Of a stretch of 64,000 nt of DNA, positions 22,143-34,858 are shown one piece after another. The DNA lies in assembly GCA_963555825.3 (NCBI GenBank), contig CAUVXB020000001.1, positions 1,664,001 to 1,728,000 of the forward strand, in the 5' to 3' direction. The notes under the pieces are model-generated. The model worked only from the letters and a program-made list of their open reading frames with translations. It searched no databases and was not told the DNA's origin. The translations under genes were made by a program, and so were the position numbers. Each line of letters starts with the position of its first letter. The first letter of the stretch is position 1. Origin of the DNA: Alphaproteobacteria bacterium (GTDB taxonomy: Bacteria > Pseudomonadota > Alphaproteobacteria > JAAXGF01).

Positions 22143-25100
22143 GAGCTATAGCTGAATCTTGACGGGGCGGTAAAAAGTTGTTGGCCGATGGCGTGCTTGT
22201 ACAGGTCTTTGCGGTTCGGTGAAGAATATTTGCCTGTCTCCGCGTTGCTGGTGGATAAAACCTGATATTACCTACCCTTGGCTTCTCCTTGGCTTCGTTT
22301 TTTATGGTGCGATTGCCGCGCAGCGTCGGATATTGAGGCCGAGGGCACGCAGATTGACCACGTAGCGCATGGCCGGCATGCCGCGAATGCGTAGGTGAGC
22401 CAGGTTCATCTGGTACTTTAATCGCGACATGGTCGCTTCTATGCCGGCCCGCCATCTGTAGACGTCGCGGAAGGCATCGCTTTGTTCATAAAGCCGGCGC
22501 TTTTGGTTGGCAGCCCTGGCCGGGGTATATTGAAAGCGGGAAAATTGGCCGTCACGCTTGGCCGCCTGCACGGGACATCGCAGTATATCGGGACATTTTT
22601 GGCAGATGGAGAGGTCGAAACGGGCCTGCAGCTTGGCTTTGGCGAGCGAGGCTGAAACCGGTTCGACGTTATTGGGACAGCGCAAGACCAAGCCTTCTTC
22701 GTTGAGAGTGAAATCCTCCAACGTCAACCGTCCCGAGACGGCGCCTTTCGGCGGTCGTGCGGGCGCCACGAGATTGATGTTCTGTTCGCGCGTCAGAGCC
22801 ATGTTGTCACTGGAACCGTAATGTGAATCACCCAGCATCACCGCCGGCGTCAGCGCGCGCTCGCTCAGATCATCCAGCGCATCGGCTAAGCGATGGCCGT
22901 CATGCACCGTCATCTTGTGGACCTCCACGTGGGTGATGAGGTCCGGTGTCGCGGCAACCGCCTCGTTACTGACATCTTCACAATAGGTTTCGACGATCTG
23001 CGCCATGTATCCTTGACCCTTGTGCGCGTTGTAGCTCGCGTCCGGGTCGGCCGGATTGCCGACGGTATCGCACGGCACATCCTTTGGATCTCGAATCGCG
23101 GCGCGCGTTGCGTCACGATCGCCATACTCATCATCAACGATCTCGAACTGATCGCGCAGAACCCTCTCCAGGATCGCAAAACTGAAAAGCTTTGCCGCCG
23201 CCGTGTCACGGAATTGCAGCACCAGGGCTAGGAGATACTGACCCGCTTCGCCGAGGCGCCGTTTTGAAACACTCGGCGCCGTATTCGCGAACGCGCCATT
23301 ACCCTCGCGATCGACATAGCGGCGGATCACCTCCTTGCTGATCTGCTCGTGCAGACCGGGATGATATCGCTCAAGCTCACGGGCAAACTTCGAGATGCTC
23401 TCAACAACGATACCAAGTCGTGTCAGCGCCCGCATTGCCGAACGAAGGGCCGTCGAATCCATGCGTTGGTGGCTGGTATCGACAGAGAACCCCTGCACCA
23501 GCCGATCCGTCAAACACCGGAACAGCAATTCATCGAGACCTTGTTCGATAAACAGACGGCGATAGTTGCGCAGGGTTTTCTCACAGAAATAGCTGTCCGC
23601 TTCGCTGCGCACGTCCAAGGCATAGTGCCACGCCATATTGAAGGCCAGGGCCTCGACGGTCTCTGCATCGCTCAGATCGTGCAGCTGCTGCAAAAGCAAG
23701 ACCCCGATGACAACGTGTAGATCCTTCGATGGTCGGCCCATGCGTTCATCAAGGTGACGGCAAAGATCGTCAACCGGAAGTTCGACAAGCAGATGGTTCC
23801 GAAAAACCCCGGCCCAGGATTGCTCCATCAGGCGCCGACGTTTGTCCCCGAAATCGGACCAGCGATCAAACAATTCCCCAGTCCGTCGGTCGCGTAAAGT
23901 AAACATGCACAATTATAATCCAGCCGACTCTCATGAGGAATCGACTTTTTACCGCCCCGTCGAATCTTGGTGATGGAGAATGAAGGCGGCGTATCCTGGC
24001 GTTGATGAAGACGCCAATTTTCCGAAGAAAGGGATACGCCATGAAAGACGATACAGTTGTTGCGTTGCGCCAGCCAGAGTCATTTTCCGACGATCCGCTG
24101 ACGGAGATATTGCGCGCCGGCGCCCGGCAGTTGCTTGGCCAGGCGATTGAAGCGGAAGTTGCCGCCCATATTGAAGCCCATGCCGATTTGACCGACGCTT
24201 CGGGCCGGCGCCGTATTGTCCGTCACGGGCACATGCCGGAACGCGAGGTTCAGACCGGGATCGGAGCTGTGACGGTGAAGCGGCCAAGAGTGCGAGACCG
24301 AGATCCACAGGCCACGGGCGGGCGCATCCGTTTCACGTCATCGATCCTGCCGCCTTATCTCAGGCGCGCCAAGTCGGTCGAGGCGCTTCTGCCCTGGCTT
24401 TATCTGAAGGGCATCTCCAGCGGCGACTTTTCGGAGGCCCTGGCGGCGCTGCTGGGACCGGACGCGCCGGGCCTGACGGCCAGCACCATTGGCCGGCTGA
24501 AAGCGGTCTGGTGGGACGAATACGAAGCCTGGCAAAAGCGCGACCTTTCGGCTCGGCGCTACGTCTATTTTTGGGCCGACGGGGTCTACTTCTCGCCTCG
24601 CATGGACCATGACAAACAGTGTGTTCTGGTGATCATCGGCGCCGACGCCATGGGCAACAAGGACATCGTCGGCATGGTCGACGGTTATCGAGAGAGCGCG
24701 CAAAGCTGGAAGGAACTGCTGCTTGATCTCAAGCGCCGGGGCTTGGAGACCGGCCCCGAGTTGGCCGTCGGCGACGGCGCCTTGGGCTTCTGGAAGGCGC
24801 TACGCGAGGTTTACGGAGAGACCAGGGTGCAGCGTTGCTGGGTCCACAAGACCGCCAACGTGCTCAACCAGATGCCCAAATCCCTGCAGGCCAAAGCCAA
24901 GGGCCATCTGCACGACATCTGGATGGCCGAGACTAGGGCCGACGCCGAAGCCGCCTTCGACTTCTTCATCGCAGCCTACGGCGCAAAATACCACAAGGCC
25001 GCAGAGCGCCTGGTCAAGGACCGTGAACGCCTGCTGAGCTTCTACGACTTCCCGGCCGAGCACTGGAAGCACATCCGCACCACCAACCCCATCGAAAGCA

Positions 25101-25328
25101 CCTTCGCCACGGTGCGCCTGAGGACCGTGAAGACCAAGGGGTGCCTGAGCCGCAAGACGGCGCTCGCCATGGCCTTCAAACTGATCTTGAGTGCCAGGCG
25201 GAAATGGCGGAAGCTGGACGGATCAAATCAACTCGCCGAACTCGTCGAAGGAGTGCCGTTCAAGGACGGAATCAAGATAACCAAACACGCCGCCTGATAG
25301 CTCCGTCACCAACTTTCGGACATAGCTC
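22143..25328 (+). mobile_element. IS256 type A, copy 2; transposase 24041-25297; left TIR split by the IS1182-like element
   Basis: 9-bp TSD TGCACCTTG; transposase identical to copy 1. Confidence 0.94.
22161..23961 (-). mobile_element. IS1182-like element, copy 2; transposase 22302-23912
   Basis: 1801 bp; perfect TIR GACGGGGCGGTAAAAAGT; TSD GAATCTT. Confidence 0.9.
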
Positions 25329-26237
25329 TGCACCTTGTGCTTGGCCGCGATCTGCTGGATCGTCTTGTCGCCCCGCAGCGCTTCCAGCGCCACCCGGGCC
25401 TTGAATTCCGCCGTAAACCGGCGTCGATTCGTCATCTCGTATTCCTCCGTTATCCGGTGGAATACACCTTAGCTCCCTGTCCGATTTTCTGGGACCACCT
25501 CAGAGAACTGTATAGTCTTGCTTGTTGCAGCCTTCGACTGGGGGCATCGGGCCTCCTGGCGTAACTGGAAATGCAGTCATCTGCGCGTTGGCTGGCGAAC
25601 ACGAACCATCACTCGTCGTCGATGTATAGCGCGCGGAGCGGCATCGCAAATGCGTCACATCATAAAGCGTCGCGCCATCGTCAAGCTCCCAGTGCTGAGC
25701 ACCATCCTCGTCTGCGGGATGAATGGTCAGCACGCTCACCACCTCGCGGTTACCTGTGACGACGTATTTACCGGCGGGGACCGAGAAGTCTGGCGGCTCC
25801 ATGATCAAGCCGTTTTCCTCCAGCCACCAATCTGTGCTGTCGAATTTCCATTGTGCCGGGGCGACTCCACCTGCGGCCTTCAATTGCTCATAGTTGGCCA
25901 GCCGCACCCCCCGCGGACCCGGATCCAGACGCCACAGACCCCACAATTGTGCGCCACTCCCGGAGGTCGCACCCGGATCACCCAACGCCGCGATGAACTG
26001 CGTCGGAATGCGCCGGAACGCCGTCGGATCATCGTCTAGAGCGTGAGCCGATTGCTCCAAGGCTGCCATCACCATCAGAAACCCCATCGCCAAAAGTGCG
26101 CTGCTCTTCAGGCGCTGCGTTTTGCGCTTGGGTGCCAACACTGTACCGTCAATGCTTGGTCAAGGTGAACATTGCCGGAAGTTCCGTTAGTTGCGATCAT
26201 GTCCGCTTGCGAATGGAATGCAGACCTTGCGGCATTA

Positions 26238-27412
26238 TACCAGTGAGCGCCTGAATTGACTCTCGGGATATTCATTGATGGCGGATGATGGCGGATTGTG
26301 ATTCTATGGTCTCCCACCAGATGTGGGGGATGTCATGGGATCAGCACTCAAGATACGGGATGATTTGACGCCTTTGGAGCTTCGGCGCTGGGCTCGCGTG
26401 GAATCGTACGGTCGAGCGGCGGCGCGGGCCTATGGGATCGCGAATGCTTTGGAGGAGATGCCCCGGGCTGATGCCGCGCGGCTTGCGGGGATGGATCGCC
26501 AAACGCTTCGCGACGCGGTTGTTCGTTACAATGCAAAGGGATTGGAGGGGCTTCACGACCGTCCAAAGGGCTACTCGCCGCGGCGGCTGACGGCAGACGA
26601 GGAAGCGGCGCTGGCGGCGGTCATCATCGCCGGGCCGGAGCCTGAGCGCGACGGGGTTTGCGCCTGGACCCGGGCCGATCTGTGCCGCTGGCTGGAGGAG
26701 CGCTTCGCCAAGACCTACCACCCCTCGAGCATGACCCGGGTTCTACGGCGGATGGGATTTTCCCGCCAGAAGGCGCGCCCGAGCCACCCGCGAAGGGACG
26801 CCGAAGCGCAGGAGCGCTTCAAAAAAGGGGGCTTCGCGACATCCTGAAGGCGACCGCCGCGGCGCATCCCGACAAGCGCCTACAGCTGTGGTTTCAGGAT
26901 GAAGCGCGCGTCGGCAACAAGGGCCGGGTGTGTCACCGGTGGTGGCGCAGGGGCGAGCGTGCCCCCGGGACGCGTCAAATCGGCTACCAGTGGGCCTACA
27001 TCTTCTCCGCCGTGCGCCCGGACACCGGCGACGACGTCACCCTGGTGATGCCGAGCGTCAACGCCAAGGTCATGGACCTGTTTCTCGCACACTTCGCCGA
27101 TACCCTGGACCAGGATGCGCACGCCGTCATGATGTGCGACGGCGCCGGTTGGCACGACGAGCGCGCCCTCACCGTCCCCGACAACGTCACCTTGGCGCTG
27201 TTGCCGCCTTACAGTCCCGAACTCAACCCCGTCGAGCGGGTTTGGCTCTACCTACGCGAACGCTTCCTATCGCTCCGCGTCCTCGACGACACCGAGGCCA
27301 TCATCGACGCCTGTTGCCAAGCATGGATCGACCTCATCGCAGAACCGGATCGTATGCGAACCCTCTGCGCCTATCCATGGATCATGAAGGTGATTTCATA
27401 GGCTCACTGGTA
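26238..27412 (+). mobile_element. IS630-family element, type B (orfA 26335-26847, orfB to 27401, -1 frameshift)
   Basis: TIR TACCAGTGAGC; AAAAAAGGGGG slippery run at 26821; QDEAR, CDGAGWH, LPPYSPELNPVE. Confidence 0.9.
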
Positions 27413-27453
27413 TTAGACGCCTGACGTCAGGTGATAGCCATTATTCCAGTGCG

Positions 27454-30213
27454 TGAGTCGGACCCGATTTCCTTGGACACAGAATTGGCTTAATCGAAGT
27501 GTCCAAGGAGGACCGGAACATGACCGACAATTTTGAGAACAAAGTTGCTGTTGATGGGCCTGTGGTAAACGAGGGCGAGCTTGGCTCGTCCACGTTTTCC
27601 CCGGGCCAGGTTTCGCCGGCAGGCCCGCTGGGACTTGGCCAGCGGTGGACGGTGACGCGCAAGCGTGAGGTTGCCCTGCGGCTTTTGCGTGGCGAGCCGG
27701 TGGAACTTTTGTCGCGGCAGTTGGGCGTGGAGATTTTCCGGCTCGAGCAGTGGCGTGAGAAGGCGATCGCCGGGATCGATGCCTCGCTCAAGGAACGCAA
27801 GGGCGATCCGGTGAAGGCGGAACTGGACATCGCCATGAAGCGGATCGGGGAGTTGATCATGCAGGTGGAACTGCTGGAGGCCAAGACGGAGACGTCCGGC
27901 CCTTTGGGGCGGCGGAGGTCGCGGCGATGAGTGCCGCCACCTCTCCCGGCACGGGTTTGGCCTACGGCCTCCAGCGGGTCTGTGCGGCCTGGGGTTTTGC
28001 CCGTTCCTCGTTCTACGCCATGAAATCCCGGCAGCAGGCCACCGCTGAGCGCCCACCAGCAAAGCGCCGGGGACCGAAGCCCTCGATCTCGGACGAGGCT
28101 CTGCTGGTGGCCATCGAGGCCGACCTGGAGGCATCCCCCTGGGAGGGCGAGGGACACCGCAAGGTCTGGGCTCGGCTTCGGGTCTGTCGTGGCATCCGTG
28201 TTTCCCGCAAGCGGGGGCTCCGGGTGATGCGCGAGAACAACCTGCTCTCGCCCCATCGCTGCCGCCGCCGTGGCGGAAATCCCCATGTCGGTGAGATCAT
28301 CACCCATGCCCCCAACCTCATGTGGGGCACGGACGGCGTTCGGGTGTTCACGGTGGACGACGGCTGGGGCTGGATATTCACCGCCATCGAGCATTGGAAC
28401 GCCGAGTGCGTCGGCTGGCATGTGTGCAAGCGAGGCGACCGCTTCGCCGCCCTTCAGCCGATCTCCATGGGGCTTGCGAGGCTGTATGCCTCGACCTCCG
28501 CCGGTGCGGCGCGGGGGCTGGCCTTGCGGATGGATCACGGCTCCCAGTATCTGTCGGACCACTTCACCAACCAGATCAAGTTCTGGGGCATCCAGCCGTC
28601 CTACGCCTTCGTCGAACAGCCCCAGACCAACGGCGTCGCCGAGAGGTTTGAGGTGGTCCCAGAAAATCGGACAGGGAGCTAAGGTGTATTCCACCGGATA
28701 ACGGAGGAATACGAGATGACGAATCGACGCCGGTTTACGGCGGAATTCAAGGCCCGGGTGGCGCTGGAAGCGCTGCGGGGCGACAAGACGATCCAGCAGA
28801 TCGCGGCCAAGCACAAGGTGCATCCGAACCAGGTGAGCGCCTGGAAGCGCCAGGCGGTGGACGGTCTGGGCGAAGTGTTTTCGAACGGCGCCAACCGCGC
28901 TTGCCGGGATCATGAATCCGAGGTCCGCGACCTTCACGCCAAGATCGGCGAGCTGACGGTGGAACGGGATTTTTTAGCCAGAGGGCTCAAGCGATGAGCC
29001 GGGGGGAGCGCAAGGCGATGATCACACGCGACGCCCCCGAGCTGAGCTTGAGCCGTCAATGCCGCCTGCTTTCGATCGGCCGGTCCTCGTTCTATTATGC
29101 GCCCAGGGGGGAGAGCCCTTCGAGTCTGGCGCTGATGCGTCGGATCGACGAGTTGTTCATGAAGTACCCGTTCTACGGCAGCCGCCAGATGGTCCGCCAG
29201 TTGCGGCGGGACGGCGTTTGCGTCGGCCGTCACCGGGTTCGCAGGTTGATGCGATTGATAGGCCTGGAGGCGATCTATCAGGCGCCGAGAACCAGCGTGC
29301 CGCATCCCATGCACCGGATTTATCCTTATCTTCTCAAAGGGATGGCTATCGACCAGCCCAATCGGGTCTGGTGCGCCGACATCACCTATATCCCCGTCCA
29401 GCGTGGCTTTCTGTACCTGGTAGCGATCATGGACTGGGCGACGCGCCACGTTTTATCCTGGCGGCTGTCGAACACCATGGACGCTGGATTCTGCGCCGAG
29501 GCCTTGGGCGACGCGCTGGCCCGCTACGGCCAGCCGGAGATATTCAATACGGATCAGGGCAGCCAGTTCACCAGCCTCGACTTCACCGGCGTGCTCAAGA
29601 ACGCGAGCATCCGCATCTCCATGGACGGTCGGGGCCGCTGCATGGACAACATCTTCATCGAGCGCCTGTGGCGGTCTCTCAAGTATGAGGCGGTCTACCT
29701 ACACGAGCTCACCGACGGCTTCCACGCCGAACGGGTCATCGGCGAGTGGATCGGCTTCTACAACACCGAGCGGCCCCATTCGTCCCTCGACGGTCAAACG
29801 CCGGCCGAGGCCTACGGGGCCGGTCAACCTGTGGATATGATGGACAAGGCTCGCGCCTTGCCCACATCCCCACAGGCTCAACAACAGCAACAGGATGTGA
29901 TAAAAAGGATTTTGGCAGCATGATCAAACAACGGAATACACCTTAACCGCGCTGCCAAACTGTCCAACAAAGTGGGACCACCTCAGTTCAATCGCACGCT
30001 CAAGGAACAGATCATCCATGGCCGCATCTACCGCAACATCGCGGAGCTGCGGAACGCCGTCCGCGGGTTCGTCGAACAGTACAATGCCCAGTGGATCGTG
30101 GAGAAGAACGGCTACCTGAGCCCCGCTCAAGCTCGTCAGGCGTGGCACACCGCGATGTCACTCAGGCCCGCCGCATGAGACAAACTTGTGTCCAAGGAAC
30201 CGGGTGCGATACA
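27454..30213 (+). mobile_element. Two-ORF IS3/IS481-like element with nested IS3
   Basis: 14-bp TSD ATTATTCCAGTGCG; orfB split at 28648. Confidence 0.92.
28649..29985 (+). mobile_element. IS3 element, intact copy (orfA 28716-28997, orfB 28994-29923)
   Basis: Identical to 15596-16932; TSD GTT. Confidence 0.95.
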
Positions 30214-30214
30214 A

Positions 30215-30607
30215 TTATTCCAGTGCGGTGCAATCGATCTCGCATTTGAACCCGCCCACCAGAGGCGAGAGGATTGTGCGGCGTGCCGGGAAGTTGTCGG
30301 GAAAGAACTCGCGGTACACCTTGTTCAGGCCCTCGAAGTCTGCCTTATCCGCAAGGAAGATGTTGACGCGGACCACCTTTTCCAAGGATGAGCCGGCGAG
30401 TTCCAGTACTTGGCGCAGGTTGTCGAGCGTGCGGCGGACCTGATCCTCGATCGGACCGAGCACGGCCTCGCCGGTTTCCGGATCGAGCGGCACGTAGCCG
30501 CCCGTGAAGATGAACCCGTTGGCCCGCACCGCGGCCGACACCGGTGCCTTCATGAACTTGCCGAGGTCGAGTAGCTCGGGCGTCTCAATTATTTCCTTTG
30601 CTGCCAT
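30215..30607 (-). CDS. RidA/YjgF/Rid-family protein
   Basis: AVRANGFIFTGG, GSSLEKVVRVNIFL, FPAR, EIDCTA; RBS AGGAGG. Confidence 0.9.
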   Translation of the reverse strand: MAAKEIIETPELLDLGKFMKAPVSAAVRANGFIFTGGYVPLDPETGEAVLGPIEDQVRRTLDNLRQVLELAGSSLEKVVRVNIFLADKADFEGLNKVYREFFPDNFPARRTILSPLVGGFKCEIDCTALE

Positions 30608-30812
30608 TTGGTCCTCCTTGGCTCGATTGTTTCAAGAGCGGGACGCGGCCCCGAGGGAAGGCGCGCCACGCCCGTTTCTTATTGGTTATGGGTGGCATTT
30701 AGGGAAGGTGCCCTACCGTACCAGTCTACGCCCGCGCTCGCCCGGAGTCGCCAATAGTGCTACGGTCGCGGGCAACAGGGGGGAGCCACCTGGGGAATCC
30801 CGGATTAGCGTC

Positions 30813-31367
30813 ATGCGAGTCATCCATACCATTGTCGCTCTCGTGCTGTTCCTCCTGCCGGCCCTGCCGGCGGCGGCCGATCAGAACGATCCCCGCCTCG
30901 ACGGCCTGTTCGAGCAGCTGCGCGAGGCCCCGGACCCGGTGACGGCCCAAGGCATCGAGGCCCAGATCTGGGGCCTCTGGACCACGCATGAGGACGAGGC
31001 AATCAACGGCCTGATGGAGCGGGGGCTGTTCGCCATGGGGCGGCGCGATTACCTGGAGGCTCTGGAGGTCTTCGAGGTCATGGTCGTCCAGGCGCCAAGC
31101 TTTGCCGAGGGTTGGAACAAGCGGGCGACGGTCCATTGGCGGCTGGGCAACCACCAGGACTCGCTGGCGGACATCGCGCGCACGCTGGCGCTCGAGCCGC
31201 GCCATTTCGGCGCCCTGTCGGGGCGTGGCCTCGTCTACACCGAATTGGAGGAGTGGGACATGGCCCTCGATTCCTTCGAGGCGGCGCTGGCGGTCAATCC
31301 CACCATGCGGGGGGCGCGGGCCAACGCCGAGGCCATCCGTCACCTGTTGCAGAACCGCGAAATCTGA
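30813..31367 (+). CDS. Secreted tetratricopeptide-repeat protein
   Basis: Signal peptide (ALPAAA-DQND); AEGWNKRA, LEPRHFGALSGRG TPR motifs. Confidence 0.88.
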   Translation: MRVIHTIVALVLFLLPALPAAADQNDPRLDGLFEQLREAPDPVTAQGIEAQIWGLWTTHEDEAINGLMERGLFAMGRRDYLEALEVFEVMVVQAPSFAEGWNKRATVHWRLGNHQDSLADIARTLALEPRHFGALSGRGLVYTELEEWDMALDSFEAALAVNPTMRGARANAEAIRHLLQNREI

Positions 31368-31472
31368 TCCCAAGCGCGATCCACACCATCGGTCATTTTC
31401 AATCTTAAATGATCTGACGACGGATAGTCTCGCCGCTGGCGAGCGCGACGGCCGAACAGGATCAGGATTAAA

Positions 31473-34400
31473 CCCGCATTCCCCAAGTGACCGATCCATC
31501 TGATGCGGTTTCCGTCTGATTCCTGTATAAGAATCAGTGGATTAGATCAGACGGAGGGTGGGTCGAATGCGGAACCTGGAGGGTGAGTCGGATCGGGGGC
31601 TTCTGCGGGCGTTTTTCGACCGAAGACTGAAGTTCGAGTTCCACGGTTCGCGGATCACGTCAGACGCTGGTCTGCTCGCCTATCGTGAACTGGACGAAGC
31701 CCTCGGCCTGACCACGCTGGCCGGTGACGTTATTGCTGACAGCCGGACCGGCAAGAACGGTTGGCACGGCATCATCGGTCTCCTTCGCCAATCCGTCTAT
31801 GGTCGTCTCGCCGGGTACGAGGACGTGAACGACGCCGACCGGCTGGGGCGCGATCCTGCGATGCGGTGGATCGTCGGCGGCAGGGCTGTCGAGCGCGGCG
31901 GCGCATCGACCAGCCAGATGGGCCGGTTCGAGAGGGTGTGGGTCTGGTATGGAAAATCTAAGTCATTGATTTAGTGCGTTTTTTGTGTCGAGACGAACGG
32001 CCGAAATCGGCTATTCGTGACAATGGGCCGCTCCAAGGCAGGATTTTGTTACGACGGCAGGGTCGAGCAGGGGAAGGTGGGAACGCTCCGCACCGCCAGA
32101 AGCGGTACGATGCCGTGTCTCGAAACCCAACATCGGGAGCATTCCCATGGCAGTATCCCCGCCTCCGGCGCCTTCGTCCATCGATCTTTCCGGCCTGCCT
32201 CCTCGGGTCGTCGAGGCGGCCGCCCGGGTGCTCGCACTGTGTCGCGAGGAGCTTCGTTCCGAGCCGCGCCCCGAGGCGCCCGAGGAGGTCGAGTTGCGGG
32301 TGCGTGAGGCCACGAACGAGTTCGCTCGCGATGTCATGGGCGCCGTCATCGAGAACCGGGACGATGGCGCTTCCCGGATCGAGCGGGACGGGCAGAGCTG
32401 GTTCCGGGTCGCGGTGACGCCGAAGACGATCATGACCTCGCTCGGTCCGGTGACCTACCGGCGAGCGCGTTACCGCAGCGGCGCGAGCGGGGCATCGCCG
32501 GTGCCGGTCGACGAGAGCCTGGGCCTCGTCGACGATTACCTGACGCGGCCGGCGGCCGAGCTCGGTCTGCTGATGATGGGTCACTGCACGGCCCGGGAAG
32601 CGGCGGCGTTCTTTGCGAAGACCGGCGCCATGACGCCGTCGGTGAGCACCCTGCAGCGCCTGACCCTGAGCATGCACGAATGCTGGGAGAGCCTCGGCCC
32701 GGAGACGCTGGGCAGCATCCGTGAGGCCGAGGGCATACCGCAGGACGCGACCACCGCCTCGGTCTCCCTCGACGGCGTCATGGTGCCGCTGAGACCCGGC
32801 GAGGACGGTCGCGCCAAGGCCTCCTGGCGCGAGGCTGCCTGCGGCACGGTCTCCTTCCACGACGCCGAGGGCAAGCGCCTGAAGACCCTCTATCTCGGCC
32901 GCATGCCGGAGAGCGGCAAGCTCACGCTGAAGGCGCAGCTTGCAAGCGAAGTCGCACACATCAGGCGAGCACGCCCCGAGATCGGGATCGTCGCTATCGC
33001 CGATGGCGCCGCCGACAACTGGACCTTCCTGGAGACCCTGTCGCCCGAAACCGAGGTGATCGACTTCTGGCATGCTTGCGAACATCTGCAAACCGCGTCC
33101 GACCATGCCGTGGCGCCCGGCTGGTTCGAGAAGTACCGCGAGATCCTCCGTCACGATCCCCGTGGCGTCGCCAAGGTGATCCGGGCGCTGCGCCACCTTC
33201 GCGATGCCGCCGCTGCGCCGGACCGGGCCGAGACCGAGCGGGAACTCGCCTTCTTCCGCAAGCATCGCCATCGCATGCGCTACCACGCCCTGAAGGAAGA
33301 GGGCATCGCCATCGGCTCAGGCGTGGTCGAAGCTGCCAACAAGACCCTGGTGACACAGCGCATGAAGCGCTCCGGCATGCGCTGGCGGATCGTCGGCGGA
33401 CAGGCTGTTCTGACCTTCCGCGCCCTGATCAAATCCGGCCGCTTCGAGCGGGCATGGAAGGCCCTGATCAGCGCAACCGACACACCGGCCAACGACAACA
33501 TCAGTCCACGTGCAGCAGCCATGGCAATCGCTGCCTGAACTCAACGAACCAAGCCGCAGACATCACTGCCATGCGAGACTCGCACCCGTTCGAGACGGAG
33601 TTACTCGCCACCAATGACAACCTCGCCGCGCTCGCTGACCTTTTGGGCATCTGGATCGACCAGGTTAACGAGCGCAAGCCGCCGAAGATTATCGTGCTCG
33701 ACATGGACAGCTCCGTCAGCCCGACCTACGGTGACCAGGAGGGCACGGCCTACAACGGTCACTTCGGCTGCACGTGCTATCACCCGCTGTTCGTGTTCAA
33801 CCAGTTCGGCGATCTGGAGCGTTGCGCCCTGCGTCCGGGCAACGTGCACAGCGCCCATGAATGGCGCGATGTGTTGGACCCGGTGGTCGCTCGATACCGG
33901 AACAAGACACTCCGGCGTTATTTCCGTGGGGACGCCGCCTTCGCCTCGCCCGAGGTTTATGAGTTTCTGGAAGCGGAAGGCTTCAAGTACGCCATCCGGC
34001 TTCCGGCCAACAAGGTGCTGCACGACAGCATCGCGCACCTGCTCAAGCGCCCCGTCGGTCGGCCGCCGAAGGAAGTTCGTCGGTATTACGCGAACTTCAG
34101 CTATCGGGCCGGTAGCTGGACGGAGCCCCGCCGGGTCGTCGCCAAGGTGGAGTGGCACTCAGGGGAACTGTATCCCCGCGTCGGCCTTGATCGGTTTCAC
34201 CGCTCAAGCGTCACCAACCTGAGCCGTCCTGCCGAGCGGGTTGTTGCGTTCTACAATCAGCGCGGCACTGCCGAGCAATGGATCAAGGAAGGCAAGAACG
34301 CCATCAAGTGGACGCGGCTGTCATGCCGTTCGTTACGCAACAATGCCGTCCGGCTCCAGCTGCATGCACTCGCCTATAACCTCGGCAACTTCATGCGTAC

Positions 34401-34794
34401 CCTGGCGTTGCCCGATGCCGTGGAGCAATGGTCGCTGACGACGCTGAGGGAGAAGCTGGTCAAGATCGGTGCGAAAGTTGTCAGCCATGGCCGGTACGTC
34501 ACATTTCAATTGGCCGAGGTTGCAGTCCCAAGAAGCTTGTCCCAGAAAATCTTGAGCCTGATTGATGATCTACGACGAAGACCCGCTCCGGCGTAGGCCG
34601 AGGGAATCGACGGCAAGGAGATTGCGACACGAGAGGTGTGTCTGGATGGCAAGAGAAACGACCAAATGGCCTTCCACGCGCTGGCCGATTACCAAAATCA
34701 TGTCATCGGATCGCTGCAATGGGAACAGAGTTCCCTTGGAGATGGGGCCGTGGTACGATTTCCGCGAATTTGGATGTCATCTGGGGAATGTCGG
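31473..34794 (+). mobile_element. IS1380-family element (divergent isoform) interrupted by ISKra4
   Basis: CCCGCATTCCCCA...TGGGGAATGTCGG; transposase pieces ~31558-31933 and 33588-34596. Confidence 0.9.
31934..33587 (+). mobile_element. ISKra4-family element; transposase 32147-33538 (463 aa)
   Basis: SLDG, ADGAADNW, IDFWHA, IGSGVVEAA, RMKRSGMRW; ends GGGTG.../...CACCC; 8-bp TSD GTTCGAGA. Confidence 0.9.
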
Positions 34795-34858
34795 ATAAAA
34801 TTGTTGAACGCGCAATCGACTTGCGGCTTTCATGTTGGGCGTTTGGAGGGCATTCACC

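Larger units (their letters stand above)
17628..25502 (-). mobile_element. IS3 element carrying five nested insertions
   Basis: Pieces 17628-17653, 19074-19507, 21409-22142 and 25329-25502 reassemble to the 15596-16932 sequence; TSD GAG. Confidence 0.93.
17595..26141 (-). pseudogene. Secreted hypothetical protein (~225 aa) whose last codons are displaced by a 7.9 kb nested IS stack
   Basis: ORF 25503-26141 has a signal-peptide-like N-terminus; frame continues ...YTVL|FMIGVAVGN* at 17595-17627 after removing the IS3 (TSD GAG). Confidence 0.8.

Noticed and set aside
33076-34596. 506-aa novel fusion protein
   Set aside because: An alternate ISKra4 frame running by chance into the IS1380 3' half
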